The notes beneath the pieces were generated by a model. The model ran no database searches. It was not told where the DNA came from and was given only the letters and a program-made list of their open reading frames with translations. A DNA stretch of 64,000 nucleotides. Origin: Eledone cirrhosa (lineage: Eukaryota). The position numbers and the translations under genes are program-made. The DNA lies in the NCBI GenBank assembly GCA_964016885.1, contig OZ024743.1, forward strand, positions 95,232,001 to 95,296,000. Direction: 5' to 3'. Each line of letters begins with the position of its first letter. The first letter of the stretch is position 1. This document shows, piece by piece, positions 23,890-39,530 of this stretch.

Positions 23890-24053
23890 TCTGGTGGTTT
23901 GTATCGTCTTTTCTTGGGTAAAGAAGACACAATCTTCTGTGTAAAGAAACATTACCACCAAAATTGCGTCGTAATTGAAGTGGAAAACATAATCCAGATA
24001 AAACCCAAAGATCTGGACAACTCATTACCACGAAAAGAAAGACGATGCAAGCA

Positions 24054-24205
24054 ACAGCAGAAGCAGAAGCAGCAGCAATGACAGCAACATCAGAAGCAGC
24101 AGCAATGACAGCAACAGCAGAAGCAGCAGCAATGACAGCAACATCAGAAGCAGCAGCAATGACAGCAACATCAGAAGCAGCAGCAATGACAGCAATATCA
24201 GAAGC
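24054..24205. repeat. 27-bp minisatellite, ~5 copies
   Basis: Unit AGCAACATCAGAAGCAGCAGCAATGAC. Confidence 0.88.
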
Positions 24206-24699
24206 ACCAATAACAATTCTACACTAACAACATAAGGAGCAGCAACAACTTACAAAGCACACACGACAGCAGCAATCAAGGAAACATTCCAAAAGATCTA
24301 TTCAACTATCACCACCACTATCATCATCACCATCACTACAACAACCACCCCCACCTCCACAACCACCACCACCACCCCCAACACCACCTCCACCACCACC
24401 ACTACAACCACCACAATACCACTAACACCACCACCAAAACCATCACCACTACAACCACCAACACTACCACCACCACAACAACCACCACCACCACCTCCAC
24501 GACCAGTCAACAATACAACAACCACCACAATCAGCACCACCACCACCAGTTACCAATACAAGCACCACCACCACCAGCACCACCACAGCCACCACTACAA
24601 CCACCACCTCAACGACCAATCAGCACCACAACCACGGAAGCAACAATTCCGGAAGCAACAACAACAATTAAATAAAGTGCGAAAACAAAATTTACATGA

Positions 24700-27600
24700 T
24701 AGCAACAACAACAACGCCACCAACAATAAACAGTCTCCCAAACAACAACAACGGCACCAACAATAAACAGTCCCCCAAACAACAACAACGCCACCAACAA
24801 TAAACAGGCTCCCAAACAACAACAACAACAACAACGTCACCTACAACAAACAGTCACCCAAACAACAACAACAACAACAACAACAACGCCACCAACAATA
24901 AACAGTCTCGCAAACAAAAACAACAACAACAACAACGCCACCAACAATAAACAGTCTCGCAAACAACAACAACAACAAGGCCAGCAACAATAAACAGGCT
25001 CCCAAACAACAACAACGCCACCAACAATAAACAGTCTCCCAAACAACAACAACAACGCTACCAACCATAAACAGGCTCCCAAACAACAACAACAACGCCA
25101 CCAACATTAAACAGGCTCCCAAACAACAACAACAACAACGCCACCAACCATAAACAGACTCCCAAACATCAACAACAACAACAACAACAACAACGTCACC
25201 AACAACAAACATTCTCCCAAACAACAACACTAACAACGCCACCAACAATAAACAGTCTCCCAAAAAACAACAACAAGGCCACCAACAATAAATAGTCTGC
25301 CAAACAACAACAACAACAACAACGCCACCAACAATAAACTGGCTCACAAACATCAACAACAACAACGCCACCAACAATAAACTGGCTCGCAAACAACAAC
25401 GACAACAACACCACCAACAATAAACAGTCTCCCAAACAACAACAACAACGCCACCAACAATAAACTGTCTACCAAACAACAACAACAACGCCACCAACAT
25501 AAACAGTCTCCCAAACATCAACAACGCCACCAACAATAAACAGTCTCCCAAACAACAACAACAACAACGCCACCACCAATAAACAGTCTCCCAAACAACA
25601 ACAACAACGACCACAACAATAAATAGTCTCCCAAACAACAACAACGTCACAAACAATAAGCTGCTCCCAAACAACTATAACAACAACAACTCCATCAACA
25701 ATAAACAATCTCCCAAACAACAACAACAAGGCCACGAACAATAAACAGGCTACCAAACAACAACATCTACAACGCCACCAACAATAAACAGTCTCCCTAA
25801 CAACAACAACAACAACGCCACCACCAATAAACAGTCTCCCAAACAACAACAACGCCACCAACAAGAAACAGTCTCCGAAACAACAACAACGCCACCAACA
25901 ACAAACCGTCTCCCGAACAACAACAACAACTCCACCAACAATAAATAGTCTCCCAAATAACAACAACAACGCCACCAACAATAAACAGTCTCCCGAACAA
26001 CAACAACAACAACGCCACCAATAATAGACAGTCTCCCAAACATCAACAACGCCACCAACAATAAACAGTCTCCCAAACAACAACAACAACGCCACCAATA
26101 ATAAACAGTCTCCCAAACAACAACAACGCCACCAACAAGAAACAGTCTCCCAAACAACAACAACGCCACCAACAACAAACAGTCTCCCGAACAACAACAA
26201 CAAAGCCACCAACAATAAATAGTCTCCCAAATAACAACAACAACACCACCAACAATAAACAGTCTCCCGAACAACAACAACAACGCCACCAAAAATAAAC
26301 AGTCTCCCGAACAACAACAACGACAACGCCACAAACAATAAACAGTCTCCCAAACAACAACAACAACGCCACCACGAATAAACAGTCTCCCAAACAACAA
26401 CAACAACAACGCCACCAACAATAAACAGTCTCCCAAACAACAACAACAACAACACCACCAATAATAAACAGTCTCCCAAACAACAAAAAAAACAACGCCA
26501 CCAACAATAAACAGCTAACCAAAACAACATCAACAACGACACCAACAATAAACAGTCTCACAAACAACAATAACAACGCCACCAGCAATAAACAGTCTCC
26601 CAAACAACAACAACAACAACACCACCAATAATAAACAGTCTCCGAAACAACAACAACAACAACAACAACGCCACCAACAATAAACAGCCAACCAAAACAA
26701 CATCAACAACGCCACCAACAATAAACAGTCTCCCAAACAACAATAACAACGCCACCAACAATAAACAGTCTCCGAAACAACAACAACAACAACAACAACA
26801 ACGCCACCAACAAGAAACAGTCTCCGAAACAACAACAACGCCACCAACAACAAACAGTCTCCCGAAAAACAACAACAACGCCACCAACAATAAATAGTCT
26901 CCCAAATAACAACAACAACGCCACCAACAAAAAACAGACTCCCAAACAACAACAACAACAACGCCACCAACAATAAACTGGCTCACATACAACAACAACA
27001 ACGCCACCAACAATAATCAGTCTCCCAAACAAAAACAACAACGCCACTAACAATAAACAGTTTCCCAAACAAAAACAACAACGCCACCAACAATAAACAG
27101 TCTCCCAAACAAAAACAACAACGCCAACAACAATAAACAGTCTCCCAAACAACAACAACAACGCCACCAACAAAAAACAGTATCTCAAATAACAGCAACA
27201 ACAATGCCACCAACAATAAACAGGCTCCCAAACAACAACAACAACAACGTCACCAACAATAAACAGTCTCCCAAACAACAACAACAACAAGGCCACCAAC
27301 AATGAACAGGCTCACAAACAACAACAACAACAACGTCACCAACAATAAACATTCTCCCAAACAACAACAACAACAACAACGCCACCAACAATAAACAGGC
27401 TCCCAAACAACAAAAACAACAACGCCTCCAACAATAAATAGTCTCCCAAACAACAACAACGCCACCAATAATAAACAGTCTCCCAAACAACAACACAAAC
27501 GCCCCCAACAATAAACAGTCTCCCAAACAACAACAACGCCACCAACAATAAACAGTCTCCCAAATAACAACAACAACGCCACCAACAATAAACAGTCTCC

Positions 27601-30600
27601 CAAACAACAACAACAACAACGGCACCAACAATAAACCGTCTCCCAAACAACAACAAAAAACAACGCCACCAACAATAAACAGTCTCCCAAATAACAACAG
27701 CAAAGCCACCAACAATAAACAGTCTCCCAAACAACAACAACAACAACAACGCCACCAATAATAAACAGTCTACCAAACAACAACAACACCACCAACAATA
27801 AACAGTCTCCCAAACAACAACGACGCCACCAACAAGAAACAATCTCCCAAACAACAACAACAACAACAACGCCACCAACAACAAACAGTCTCCCGAACAA
27901 CAACAACAACGCCACCAACAATAAATAGTCTCCCAAACAATAACAACAACGACACCAACAATAAACAGTCTCCCAAATAACAACAACAACGCCACCAACA
28001 ATAAACAGTCTCCAGAACAACAACAACAACGCCACCAAAAATAAACAGTCTCCCGAACAACAACAACGCCACCAACAATAAACAGTCTCCCGAGCAACAA
28101 CAACAACGCCACCAGCAATAAACAGTCTGCCAAACAACAACAACGCCACAAACCATAAACAGTTTCCCAAACAACAACAACGTCACAAACAATAAACAGT
28201 CTCCCAAACAACAACAACAACGCCACTAACAATAAACAGGCTCCCAAACAACAACAACAACAACAACAACGCCACCAACAATAAACAGTCTCCCAAACAA
28301 CAACAACAACGCCACCAATAATAAACAGGCTCCCAAACAACAACAACAACAACGCCACCAATAATAAACAGTCTCCCAAACAACAACAACGCCACCAACA
28401 ATAAAGTCTCCCAAACAACAACAACAACAACGCCACCAATAATAAACAGTCTCCCAAACATCAACAACGCCACCAACAATAAACAGTCTCCCGAACAACA
28501 ACAACAACGCCACCAACAACAAACAGTCTCGCGAACAACAACAACAACAACGCCACCAACAATAAACAGTCTCCCAAATAACAACAACAACGCCAGCAAC
28601 AATAAACAGTCTTCCGAACAACAACAACAACAACGTCACCAACAATAAACAGTCTCCCAAACAACAACAACAACAAGGCCACCAACAATAAACAGGCTCA
28701 CAAACAACAACAACAACAACGTCACCAACAATAAACATTCTCCCAAACAACAACAACAACAACAACGCCACCAACAATAAACAGGCTCCCAAACAACAAA
28801 AACAACAACGCCTCCAACAATAAATAGTCTCCCAAACAACAACAACGCCACCAATAATAAACAGTCTCCCAAACAACAACACAAACGCCCCCAACAATAA
28901 ACAGTCTCCCAAACAACAACAACGCCACCAACAATAAACAGTCTCCCAAATAACAACAACAACGCCACCAACAATAAACAGTCTCCCAAACAACAACAAC
29001 AACAACGGCACCAACAATAAACCGTCTCCCAAACAACAACAAAAAACAACGCCACCAACAATAAACAGTCTCCCAAATAACAACAGCAAAGTCACCAACA
29101 ATAAACAGTCTCCCAAACAACAACAACAACAACAACGCCACCAATAATAAACAGTCTACCAAACAACAACAACACCACCAACAATAAACAGTCTCCCAAA
29201 CAACAACGACGCCACCAACAAGAAACAATCTCCCAAACAACAACAACAACAACAACGCCACCAACAACAAACAGTCTCCCGAACAACAACAACAACGCCA
29301 CCAACAATAAATAGTCTCCCAAACAACAACAACAACGACACCAACAATAAACAGTCTCCCAAATAACAACAACAACGCCACCAACAATAAACAGTCTCCA
29401 GAACAACAACAACAACAACGCCACCAAAAATAAACAGTCTCCCGAACAACAACAACGCCACCAACAATAAACAGTCTCCCGAACAACAACAACAACGCCA
29501 CCAGCAATAAACAGTCTGCCTAACAACAACAACGCCACAAACCATAAACAGTTTCCCAAACAACAACAACGTCACCAACAATAAACAGTCTCCCAAACAA
29601 CAACAACAACGCCACTAACAATAAACAGGCTCCCAAACAACAACAACAACAACAACAACGCCACCAACAATAAACAGTCTCCCAAACAACAACAACAACG
29701 CCACCAATAATAAACAGGCTCCCAAACAACAACAACAACAACGCCACCAATAATAAACAGTCTCCCAAACAACAACAACGCCACCAACAATAAAGTCTCC
29801 CAAACAACAACAACAACAACGCCACCAATAATAAACAGTCTCCCAAACATCAACAACGCCACCAACAATAAACAGTCTCCCGAACAACAACAACAACGCC
29901 ACCAACAACAAACAGTCTCGCGAATAACAACAACAACAACGCCACCAACAATAAACAGTCTCCCAAATAACAACAACAACGCCAGCAACAATAAACAGTC
30001 TTCCGAACAACAACAACAACAACGCCACCAACAATAAACAGTCTCCCGAACAACAACAACAACGTCATCAAAAATAAACAGTCTCCCAAACAACAACAAG
30101 GCCACCAACAATAAACAATCTCCCAAACAACAACAACATCAACGTCACCAACAATAAGCAGGCTGCCCAAAAACAACAACAGCCACGCCACCAACAATAA
30201 ACAGTTTCCAAACAACAACAACAACGCCACCAACAATAAACAGTCTCCCAAACAACAACAACAACGCCACCAATAATAAACAATCTCCCAAACAACAACA
30301 ACAACGCCACTAAAAATAAACAGTCTCCCAAACAACAACAACGCCACCAACAATAAACAATCTCCCAAACAACAACAACAACAACGTCACCAACAATAAG
30401 CAGGCTGCCCAAAAACAACAACAACCACGCCACCAACAATAAACAGTTTCCCAAACAACAACAACGCCACCAACAATAAACAGTCTCCCAAACAACAACA
30501 ACAACGTCACCAACAAAAAACCGTCTCCCAAACAACAACAACAACAACTCCACCAATAATAAACAGTCTCCCAAACAACAACAACAACACCACCAACAAT

Positions 30601-32472
30601 AAACAGTCTCCCAAACAACAACAACAAAAACCTCAGCAACAATAAGCAAGCTGCCCAAAAACAACAACAACGACACCAACAATAAACAGTCTCCCAAACA
30701 ACAACAACAACGCCACCAACATTAAACAGTCTCCCAAACAACAACAACAACAACAACGCCACCAACAATAAACTGGCTCACAAACATCAACAACAACAAC
30801 GCCACCAACAATAAACTGGCTCGCAAACAACAACGACAACAACACCACCAACAATAAACAGTCTCCCAAACAACAACAACAACGCCACCAACATAAACAG
30901 TCTCCCAAACATCAACAACGCCACCAACAATAAACAGTCTCCCAAACAACAACAACAACGCCACCACCAATAAACAGTCTCCCAAACAACAACAACAACA
31001 ACGACCACAACAATAAATAGTCTCCCAAACAACAACAACATCACAAACAATAAGCTGTCTCCCAAACAACTACAACAACAACAACTCCATCAACAATAAA
31101 CAATCTCCCAAACAACAACAACGCCACGAACAATAAACAGGCTACCAAACAACAACATCTACAACGCCACCAACAATAAACAGTCTCCCAAACAACAACA
31201 ACAACGCCACCACCAATAAACAGTCTCCCAAACAACAACAACGCCACCAACAAGAAACAGTCTCCGAAACAACAACAACGCCACCAACAATAAATAGTCT
31301 CCCAAATAACAACAACAACGCCACCAACAATAAACAGTCTCCCAAACAACAACAACAACAACGCCACCAAGAATAGACAGTCTCCCAAACATCAACAACG
31401 CCACCAACAATAACAGTCTCCCAAACAACAACAACAACAACAACGCCACCAATAATAAACAGGCTCCCAAATAACAACAACAACGCCACCAACAATAAAC
31501 AGGCTCCCAAATAACAACAACAACGCCACCAACAATAAACAGTCTCCCGAACAACAACAACAACGCCACCAAAAATAAACAGTCTCCCGAACAACAACAA
31601 CGCCACCAACAATAAACAGTCTCCCGAACAACAACAACAACGCCACCAACAATAAACAGTCTCCCAAACAACAACAACAACGCCACCACCAATAAACAGT
31701 CTCCCAAACAACAACAACAACGACCACAACAATAAATAGTCTCCCAAACAACAACAACGTCACAAACAATAAGCTGTCTCCCAAACAACTACAACAACAA
31801 CAACTCCATCAACAATAAACAATCTCCCAAACAACAACAACAATGCCACGAACAATAAACAGGCTACCAAACAACAACATCTACAACGCCACCAACAATA
31901 AACAGTCTCCCAAACAACAACAACAACGCCACCACAATAAACAGTCTCCCAAACAACAACAACGCCACCAACAAGAAACAGTCTCCGAAACAACAACAAC
32001 GCCACCAACAACAAACAGTCTCCCGAACAATAACAACAACGCCACCAACAATAAATAGTCTCCCAAATAACAACAACAACGCCACCAACAATAAACAGTC
32101 TCCCAAACAACAACAACAACAACGCCACCAATAATAGACAGTATCCCAAACATCAACAACGCCACCAACAATAACAGTCTCCCAAACAACAACAACAACA
32201 ACAACGCCACCAATAATAAACAGTCTCCCAAACAACAACAACGCCACCAACAAGAAACAGTATCCCAAACAACAACAACGCCACCAACAACAAACAGTCT
32301 CCCGAACAACAACAACAACAAAGCCACCAACAATAAATAGTCTCACAAACAACAACAACAACAACAACGCCACCAACAATAAACAGTCTCCCGAACAACA
32401 ACAACAACGCCACCAACAATAAACAGTCTCCCAAACGACAACAAAAACGCCACCACGAATAAACAATCTCCC

Positions 32473-32505
<33 letters not shown>

Positions 32506-34862
32506 CGCCATCAACAATAAACATGCTCCCAAAGAACAGGAACAACAACAACAACGCCACCAACAATAAACAGTCTCCCAAACAACAACAACAACAACAA
32601 CGCCACCAACAATAAACAGTCTCCCAAACAACAGCAACAACAACAACGCCATCAATAATAAACAGTCTCCCAAACACAACAACACCACCAACAATAAACA
32701 GTCTCCCGAAGAACAACAACAACGCCACCAGCAATAAACAGTCTGCCAAACAACAACAACGCCACCAACAATAAACAGTTTCCCAAACAACAACAACGTC
32801 ACAAACAATAAACAGTCTCCCAAACAACAACAACAACAACGCCATCAACAATAAACAGTCTCCCAAACATCAACAACGCCACCAACAATAAACAGTCTCC
32901 CGAACAACAACAACGCCACCAACAATAAACAGGCTCCCAAACAACAACAACAACAACGCAACCAATAATAAACAATCTCCCAAACAACAACAACGCCACC
33001 AACAATAAACAGTCTCCCAAACAACAACAACAACAACGCCACCAATAATAAACAGTCTCCCAAACATCAACAACGCCACCAACAATAAACAGTCTCCCGA
33101 ACAACAACAACGCCACCAACAATAAACAGTCTCCCAAACAACAACAACAACAAGGCCACCAACAATAAACAGTCTCCCAAACAACAACAACAACAACACC
33201 ACCAATAATAAACAGTCTCCCAAACAACAACAACAACAACGCCACCAACAATAAACAGTCCCCCAAACAACAACAACAACACCACCAACAATAAACAATC
33301 TCCCAAACAACAACAACAACGCCACTAAAAATAAACAGTCTCCCAAACAACAACAACGCCACCAACAATAAACAGTCTCCCGAACAACAACAACAACGCC
33401 ACCAACAATAAACAGTCTCCCAAACAACAACAACAATAAGGCCACCAACAATAAACAATCTCCCAAACAACAACAACAACAACAACGTCACCAACAATAA
33501 GCAGGCTGCCCAAAAAGAACAACAACCACGCCACCAACAATAAACAGTTTCCCAAACAACAACAACAACGCCACCAACAATAAACAGTCTCCCAAACAAC
33601 AAAACAACAACGTCACCAACAATAAACAGTCTCCCAAACAACAACAACAACAACAACAACGCCACCAATAATAAACAGTCTCCCAAACAACAACAACGCC
33701 ACCAAAAATAAACAGTCTCCCAAACAACAACAACAACGCCACCAACAATAAACAGTCTCCCAAACAACAACAACAAAAACGTCACCAACAATAAGCAGGC
33801 TGCCCAAAAACAACAACAACAACGACACCAACAATAAACAGTTTCCCAAACAACAACAACAACGCCACCAACATTAAACAGTCTCCCAAACAACAACAAC
33901 AACAACGCCACCAATAATAAACAGTCCCCCAAACAACAACAACGCCACCAACATTAAACAGTCTCCCAAACAACAACAACAACAACGCCACCAACAATAA
34001 ATAGTCTCCCAAACAACAACAACAACGCCACCAACAATAAACAGTCTCCCAAACATCAACAACGCCACCAACAATAAACTGTCTCCCAAACAACAACAAC
34101 AACGCCACCAACATAAACAGTCTCCCAAACATCAACAACGCCACCAACAATAAACAGTCTCCCATACAACAACAACAACAACGCCACCAACAATAAACAC
34201 GCTCCCAAACAACAACAACAACAACGTCACCAACAATAAACATGCTCCGCATAAACAACAACAACGCCACCAACAATAAACAGGCTCCCAAACAACAACA
34301 ACAACGCCACCAACAATAAACAATCTCCCAAACATCAACAACGCCACCAACAATAAACAGTCTCCCAAACATCAACAACGCCACCAACAATAAACACGCT
34401 CCCAAACAACAACAAAAACAACGTCACCAACAATAAACAGGCTCCCCAAAAACAACAACAACAACAACAACGCCACCAACAATAAACAGTCTCCCAAACA
34501 ACAACAACAATAACGCCACCAACAATAAACAGGCACCCCAAAAACAACATCAACAACGCCACCAACAATAAACAGGCTCCCAAACAACAACAACAACGCC
34601 ACCAACAATAAACAGTCTCCCAAACAACAACAACACCACCAACAATAAACAGGCTCCCAAACAACAACAACAACAACGCCACCAACAATAAACAGGCTCC
34701 CAAACAACAACAACAACGCCACCAACAATAAATAGTCTTCCAAACATCAACAACGCCACCAACAATAAACAGGCTCCCAAACAACAACAACAACGCCACC
34801 AACAATAAACAGGCTTCCCCAAAACAACAATAACACCACCAACATTAAACAGGCTCCCAAAC
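24700..34862. repeat. ~10.2-kb compound minisatellite: 25-bp core GCCACCAACAATAAACAGTCTCCCA plus (AAC)n, units mostly 37-46 bp, roughly 250 units
   Basis: Seen directly. Higher-order duplicated blocks are present, for example at ~1386-1389-bp offset. Confidence 0.97.
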
Positions 34863-36470
34863 ATACGTCCATCAATTGGTCTTTTGAAACAACAGAGATT
34901 TGAAACAAGGAGATTATAAATATGAGAAGTAGGGAAGTAAAGTTATTTGAACAACTTGTGCACGACACAAGCTACTCATAAACACTACTACAACAATATA
35001 CTTTCATGGTGTAGGATTATATAAGACACCTTAAAACGATATTTTAACGAGTCCTTTATAGAAATCCCTGCCTCCATTGGAGACTATCAGATTGCCTTAT
35101 TTTTCTTTGACGAAGTTTAAGTGACATTTCGCATTGCATATGCGTATGTACACATACGTGGCCAGGAGTTGGCTTGGCGAGAAGGTAACTTATTAAACAA
35201 TCTTAGGTGGTTAAGTATATGTGTGAAGGGCTACATAATCCGTGGCTGGTATTGCCCAGAGTATGTTGCGAATGCAGCATATGCTGAGATACCTAGTTGT
35301 AAGCACCTATGCACGTCCTTTATCAGACACGTGTTTCCACAGCTCGTCTCTTTGGCAGAGTTGCAAGCCTAGTTCAATAATAAATCAAGAATGAGCGTCC
35401 AGCATCTGAAACATTTTCAGATTCACACAACCCACCACAAGTCGGGCAATGCAACCGATGAAATTTCAACGTTAATATTCTTTGCTGGGTTGAGATAAAG
35501 TATACAGATTTGAAAAGACCATAATCAAAACCTATTCAGTTTCCAAACAATGATGGTTTCGCCTGTATGATGGATCTGACTATCAGCTGAGTTCGTCGTT
35601 AAGATCTCTCCACCTGCTTCGTTTCTTTTTCGAGAGGAGTAAATTCGTTGTTTATGGTTGTATTGGTGAACACGACTTCAAAGCTTGAGAATGCACACTT
35701 TCTCCTTTGGCCCAGAACTCATTTATTTGTTAAGTTTCATTTGATGTGGAAAGAAAGAGTGGTGACACTCTTCCATAAATCTGTTAAAAGTTGGATCAGA
35801 ATGATCATGGACTACGAGGCTGGGCCTTTTCTCAACATGCACCAGTAGGTCTGGAAATAAAGCTAAATGAGGGCACTTAGTAGTGCACCATGACTGGACT
35901 GGAACATTCTTTGTCGACCCAGAAAGGTTAAAAGGCAAAGTGGAACTCGGCAGGATTTTAACTCAGAACGGAAATACCAGGAACAAATATCCAACTCTCT
36001 AATGAATCTACCAAATTGACCCCCTCATCATTAGCTATGACCTCACAATAAAATAACTCTGGTGTAAGCTGTGTGTCCGTATGTATATACATGTGTTAGC
36101 CGGTGTTGTGATAGCTTTAAGTGTGTCAGTTTTTGTTTGCTTTTCTTTTCCCTCTTCCAATAATTACATTATCGATAGCCTATGCAAAAGACATGACAGT
36201 GCCTATAGCCTGTTTAGGAACCCATAGATCGGAATAAGTACGTGTAATTCGTGCTGCTAATAGTGTAAATAATTGTCGCAGACAAGAATTAAGAGGGAGA
36301 AAGTGAGCAAGATATTGTTTGTGAAAATGAGATAAAGTGTTTATGCGTAGAGACAAGATGTAAGTTCATTGAATAAATTTTTATAGTTTCATAAAGACCC
36401 AGAGATTGTGAGAAGAGACATATATTCATTAGTGTTTACTAGAAAGATTGCTTGTCGTGTGTGTGTGTGC

Positions 36471-36547
<77 letters not shown>

Positions 36548-37219
36548 GGGGATGGGGAGAAGAGAATAGTATTTTTATTTCCTGTGGAGTTGAAATATTT
36601 TCTGGCTTTAAAGACGAAGCTTTATCGATGACATTTCCGTCGGCTCTTACCACCAGGAGAGAATAACAATGATCTTATTTTCCAACACAGCCTCTGATCA
36701 CAGAGAGAGAGAGAGAGAAGGGGAGAGAGGAGAGAGAGCGGGGGGGGGGGGGTATTTACTTCTTGGCGTGAAATTTGTTTATAGCAAAAACAAAGAATAG
36801 AGTTAATTTTAGTTGCAACAAAATAATACATAGAATAAATGAAATATCAACGTGAATTGGTAAAATACAATCGTGGAATAGATAAAACATACAATGTCTA
36901 CCGCTATGATGGTTCCTCTTTCTTTTATTACTATTATTATCATATATTTAGATGTGCAATGGATATGTTAAGAGTTATTCTCGTTGTGCCATATTTTAGG
37001 AAACCAAATGAAAAGAGCATCTGGCAGTAAACTTATATTTAGTCAAATATTCTGTTTCCTTAAAGTCTATTGTGGACACAAAACAGCCAAATGGTTTAGA
37101 AGTTTGCTTCGCTCTCATTAGGACTCGGGTTCTATCCTACTTTAGGGTAAACCTATGTTTGCAAGAGAAATTAGGTAGACGAGAGGGTGTTTAGAAGCCT
37201 GTCGGATACACGGTACCTA

Positions 37220-37360
37220 TAATTCAAACAGCCAATCCTGTCATAAATTGTGCCACGCTGACTCTCCCTGAGAATTACATTAAGTGTACACGTGTCTGTG
37301 GAATGCTCAGTCACTTACACATTAATTTCAAGAGCAGGCTTTTCCGTTGATCAGGTCCAT
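37220..37360 (+). mobile_element. Fragment of a second dispersed SINE-like repeat family
   Basis: CACGCTGACTCTCCCTGAGAATTACATTAAG..ACACGTGTCT..GCAGGC..TTCCGTTGATC has an inverted homologue at ~44375-44530. Confidence 0.6.
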
Positions 37361-37375
37361 TTTCATCGTATATAA

Positions 37376-37842
37376 AATAATGATTTCTGATTGAGGCACA
37401 AGGCCAACAATGTTTTGGGGAGGAGGAAAGTCAATTAAATCGACCCAGTGCGTTACTGGTACTTTATTTTATCGATCTCGTAAGGATGAAAGGCAAAGGT
37501 AACCTCGGCGATATTTGAACTCATAACGTAAAGGGCCGTAACTCAATGCTATAAAGCATTTTGTCCGACTCTCTACTGATTCTGTATTTAAAATAATTGT
37601 TTCTACTTTAGGCACAAGGCCAGCAATTACTCAGTACATTACTGGTACTTTATTTTATCGACCCCGTAAGGATGAAAGGCAAAGTCAACCTCGGCTGGAT
37701 TTGAACTCAGATCGTAAAGGGACGTAACTACGCTGGAAAGCATGTATTTAAAATAATTGTTTCTACTTTAGGCACAAGGCCAGCAATTACCCAGTGCATT
37801 ACTGGTACTTTATTTTATCGACCCCGTAAGGATGAAAGGCAA
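37376..37842 (-). mobile_element. Three stacked minus-strand SINEs (~37376-37582, 37591-37744, 37751-37842)
   Basis: Repeated SINE body. The middle copy is flanked by TGTATTTAAAATAAT at 37583 and 37743. Confidence 0.88.
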
Positions 37843-39311
37843 TTAAAATAATGAAGTCTAAACAAAACGTCTTCAGACAAACCAACGAATATTAAAATCC
37901 ATGAGATTTATTGCACATATAGGCGGAGACATGTTCTAAGGTGTAAAATGGTTAAGGAGAAAAAATATGTAGCGGAGTCGATATGATTGACTAAATCAAA
38001 TCGATACTCCTGATCAGTCGCAGTCTATTGAGTGAAACAAGTAAACATATTAAAAGAATCGCAATAGGTACTCTTTTGATACTTACAATACTGAATATTC
38101 CAGTGCAAAGTTGTGGAATATTGGAAAAGGTATTCATATTTCGCCGGTGGATTATTTACTAATTTGATTCTTCAAAACAATACTTTTCTGTGAGTTACCA
38201 GTAAACTTTTACATTTCCTGATATGTAGTAAATCGATAACTAGTAAATTAGTTTGGGCTGACATTTCGAAAGAAATATTTTACTACCATTTTGAATCTGG
38301 AAGTAGATGATGAAAACAGATGATACAGTCATAAATGAAGTCATAGCGATAATAAAAGCACACAAAGAAGATATTTAGAGATTTGATTTATAAATGAACG
38401 TTTCGAAATAGAAAGGAAAAACAAAACGAAGTTATCTATATGGCTCTTGCTGTCAATAATAATGTTAGTTATGATGATGGGGTGATAGTAATGATGAGAA
38501 GGTGGATAAAAATTAATAAAAAAAAAAGAAAAAAAAAGAAGTGAAGGTTAGAAAAAAAGAAATATAGAAAGATATATAAAGTGAAAGTATTCTTATAGTA
38601 GGGTAGGGTTGTTGCAATTTTATTGCTGATGGATATCATTTGTATTTAATATGTGATAAACTTGGCCGTGTGCCCAAATTAGAAATCAATATATATATGA
38701 TAAATGACTTGAAAAGCAAAAGCTTAGCACAGAAAAAAAAAAAAAATTGACAGAAGTAAAACAAAAGGACATACAAAGTTCACACCCTCAATTGAATAGG
38801 AAATCTCAACTACACCCCGTAGACATGATGCCATTCCACCATGTGGAGTTCCTCCCTCCTCTGCAATCTCCTCATCTCGATTTGGCGAAGGAGATAACAG
38901 TCTCCTGAGCAAGTCTCAACAACAGTCGGTAACACTCACAACAACAACAACAGTCGGTAACACTCAATTTAAAATACATGTTCTGTAACTAGTCAAACAT
39001 AAAAATAACTATATCTCTAACGTAAGAAATATAATTAAATAATTGCACTCTTATAACTTTACATCTAGTTTTTCCTTATACAAGCCTACCCAATAACAAA
39101 AAACAACCAGCCTAACTAACCTAGCCTAAACACACTACATAAAATACAGTTACCTAGTTAATTAAAGTTAACATTAAATCTATGAGCGGATATTCCTCCC
39201 TACCAAAAATCTTTCAACAGAGATCTCAGTCCACACAATACCAGGGGTATGCTAAATACATATTATTTTCCTAATACAACATCCCCCAACAGCTAAATAC
39301 GACAAACTTAA

Positions 39312-39530
39312 CCCTTTAGCAATTACATTACTCTATATACACTATTGTATTTTTGTGGTAAAGATTTACCTCACATAATTATCTCACATAATATCGAATC
39401 TCTGAGATTTTGAAAGTATTTATTTTGAGAACAATATCTTAACATCAGTTTGAGTGACTAGTTACAGCCAATTTGAACAGAAAGAGGTAGAGAATTCTGG
39501 CCGGTTTTGGCCGGTTTGAACATTAAAGGG
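39312..39530. mobile_element. piggyBac-type MITE (219 bp)
   Basis: TTAA on both sides (39308-39311 and 39531-39534), ends CCCTTTA...TAAAGGG, and a homologous copy at 47932. Confidence 0.8.

Larger units (their letters stand above)
22900..35850 (+). mobile_element. Tx1-related relic whose ORF1 region hosts a ~10-kb satellite expansion
   Basis: ORF1-like C/A-rich sequence at 23076-24700. After the array: IEIPASIGDY (cf. ORF1 TKFPNAVGDF), FRIAYAYVHIRGQELAWREGNLLNNLRWLSI (cf. ORF2 LRIGSINARGLGSSWKQGHLLNDLRSLNI), RHVFPQLVSLAELQ and FVKFHLMWKERV. The left boundary is uncertain. Confidence 0.6.

Noticed and set aside
24700-34862. CRISPR-like appearance (constant core with variable spacers)
   Set aside because: The spacers are only (AAC)n, there are no cas genes, and the context is eukaryotic.
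24595-34968. Dozens of Cys/Trp/Leu/Val-rich minus-strand ORFs
   Set aside because: They are by-products of a stop-poor (GTT)n satellite read in all three frames, with no domain and mostly non-ATG starts.
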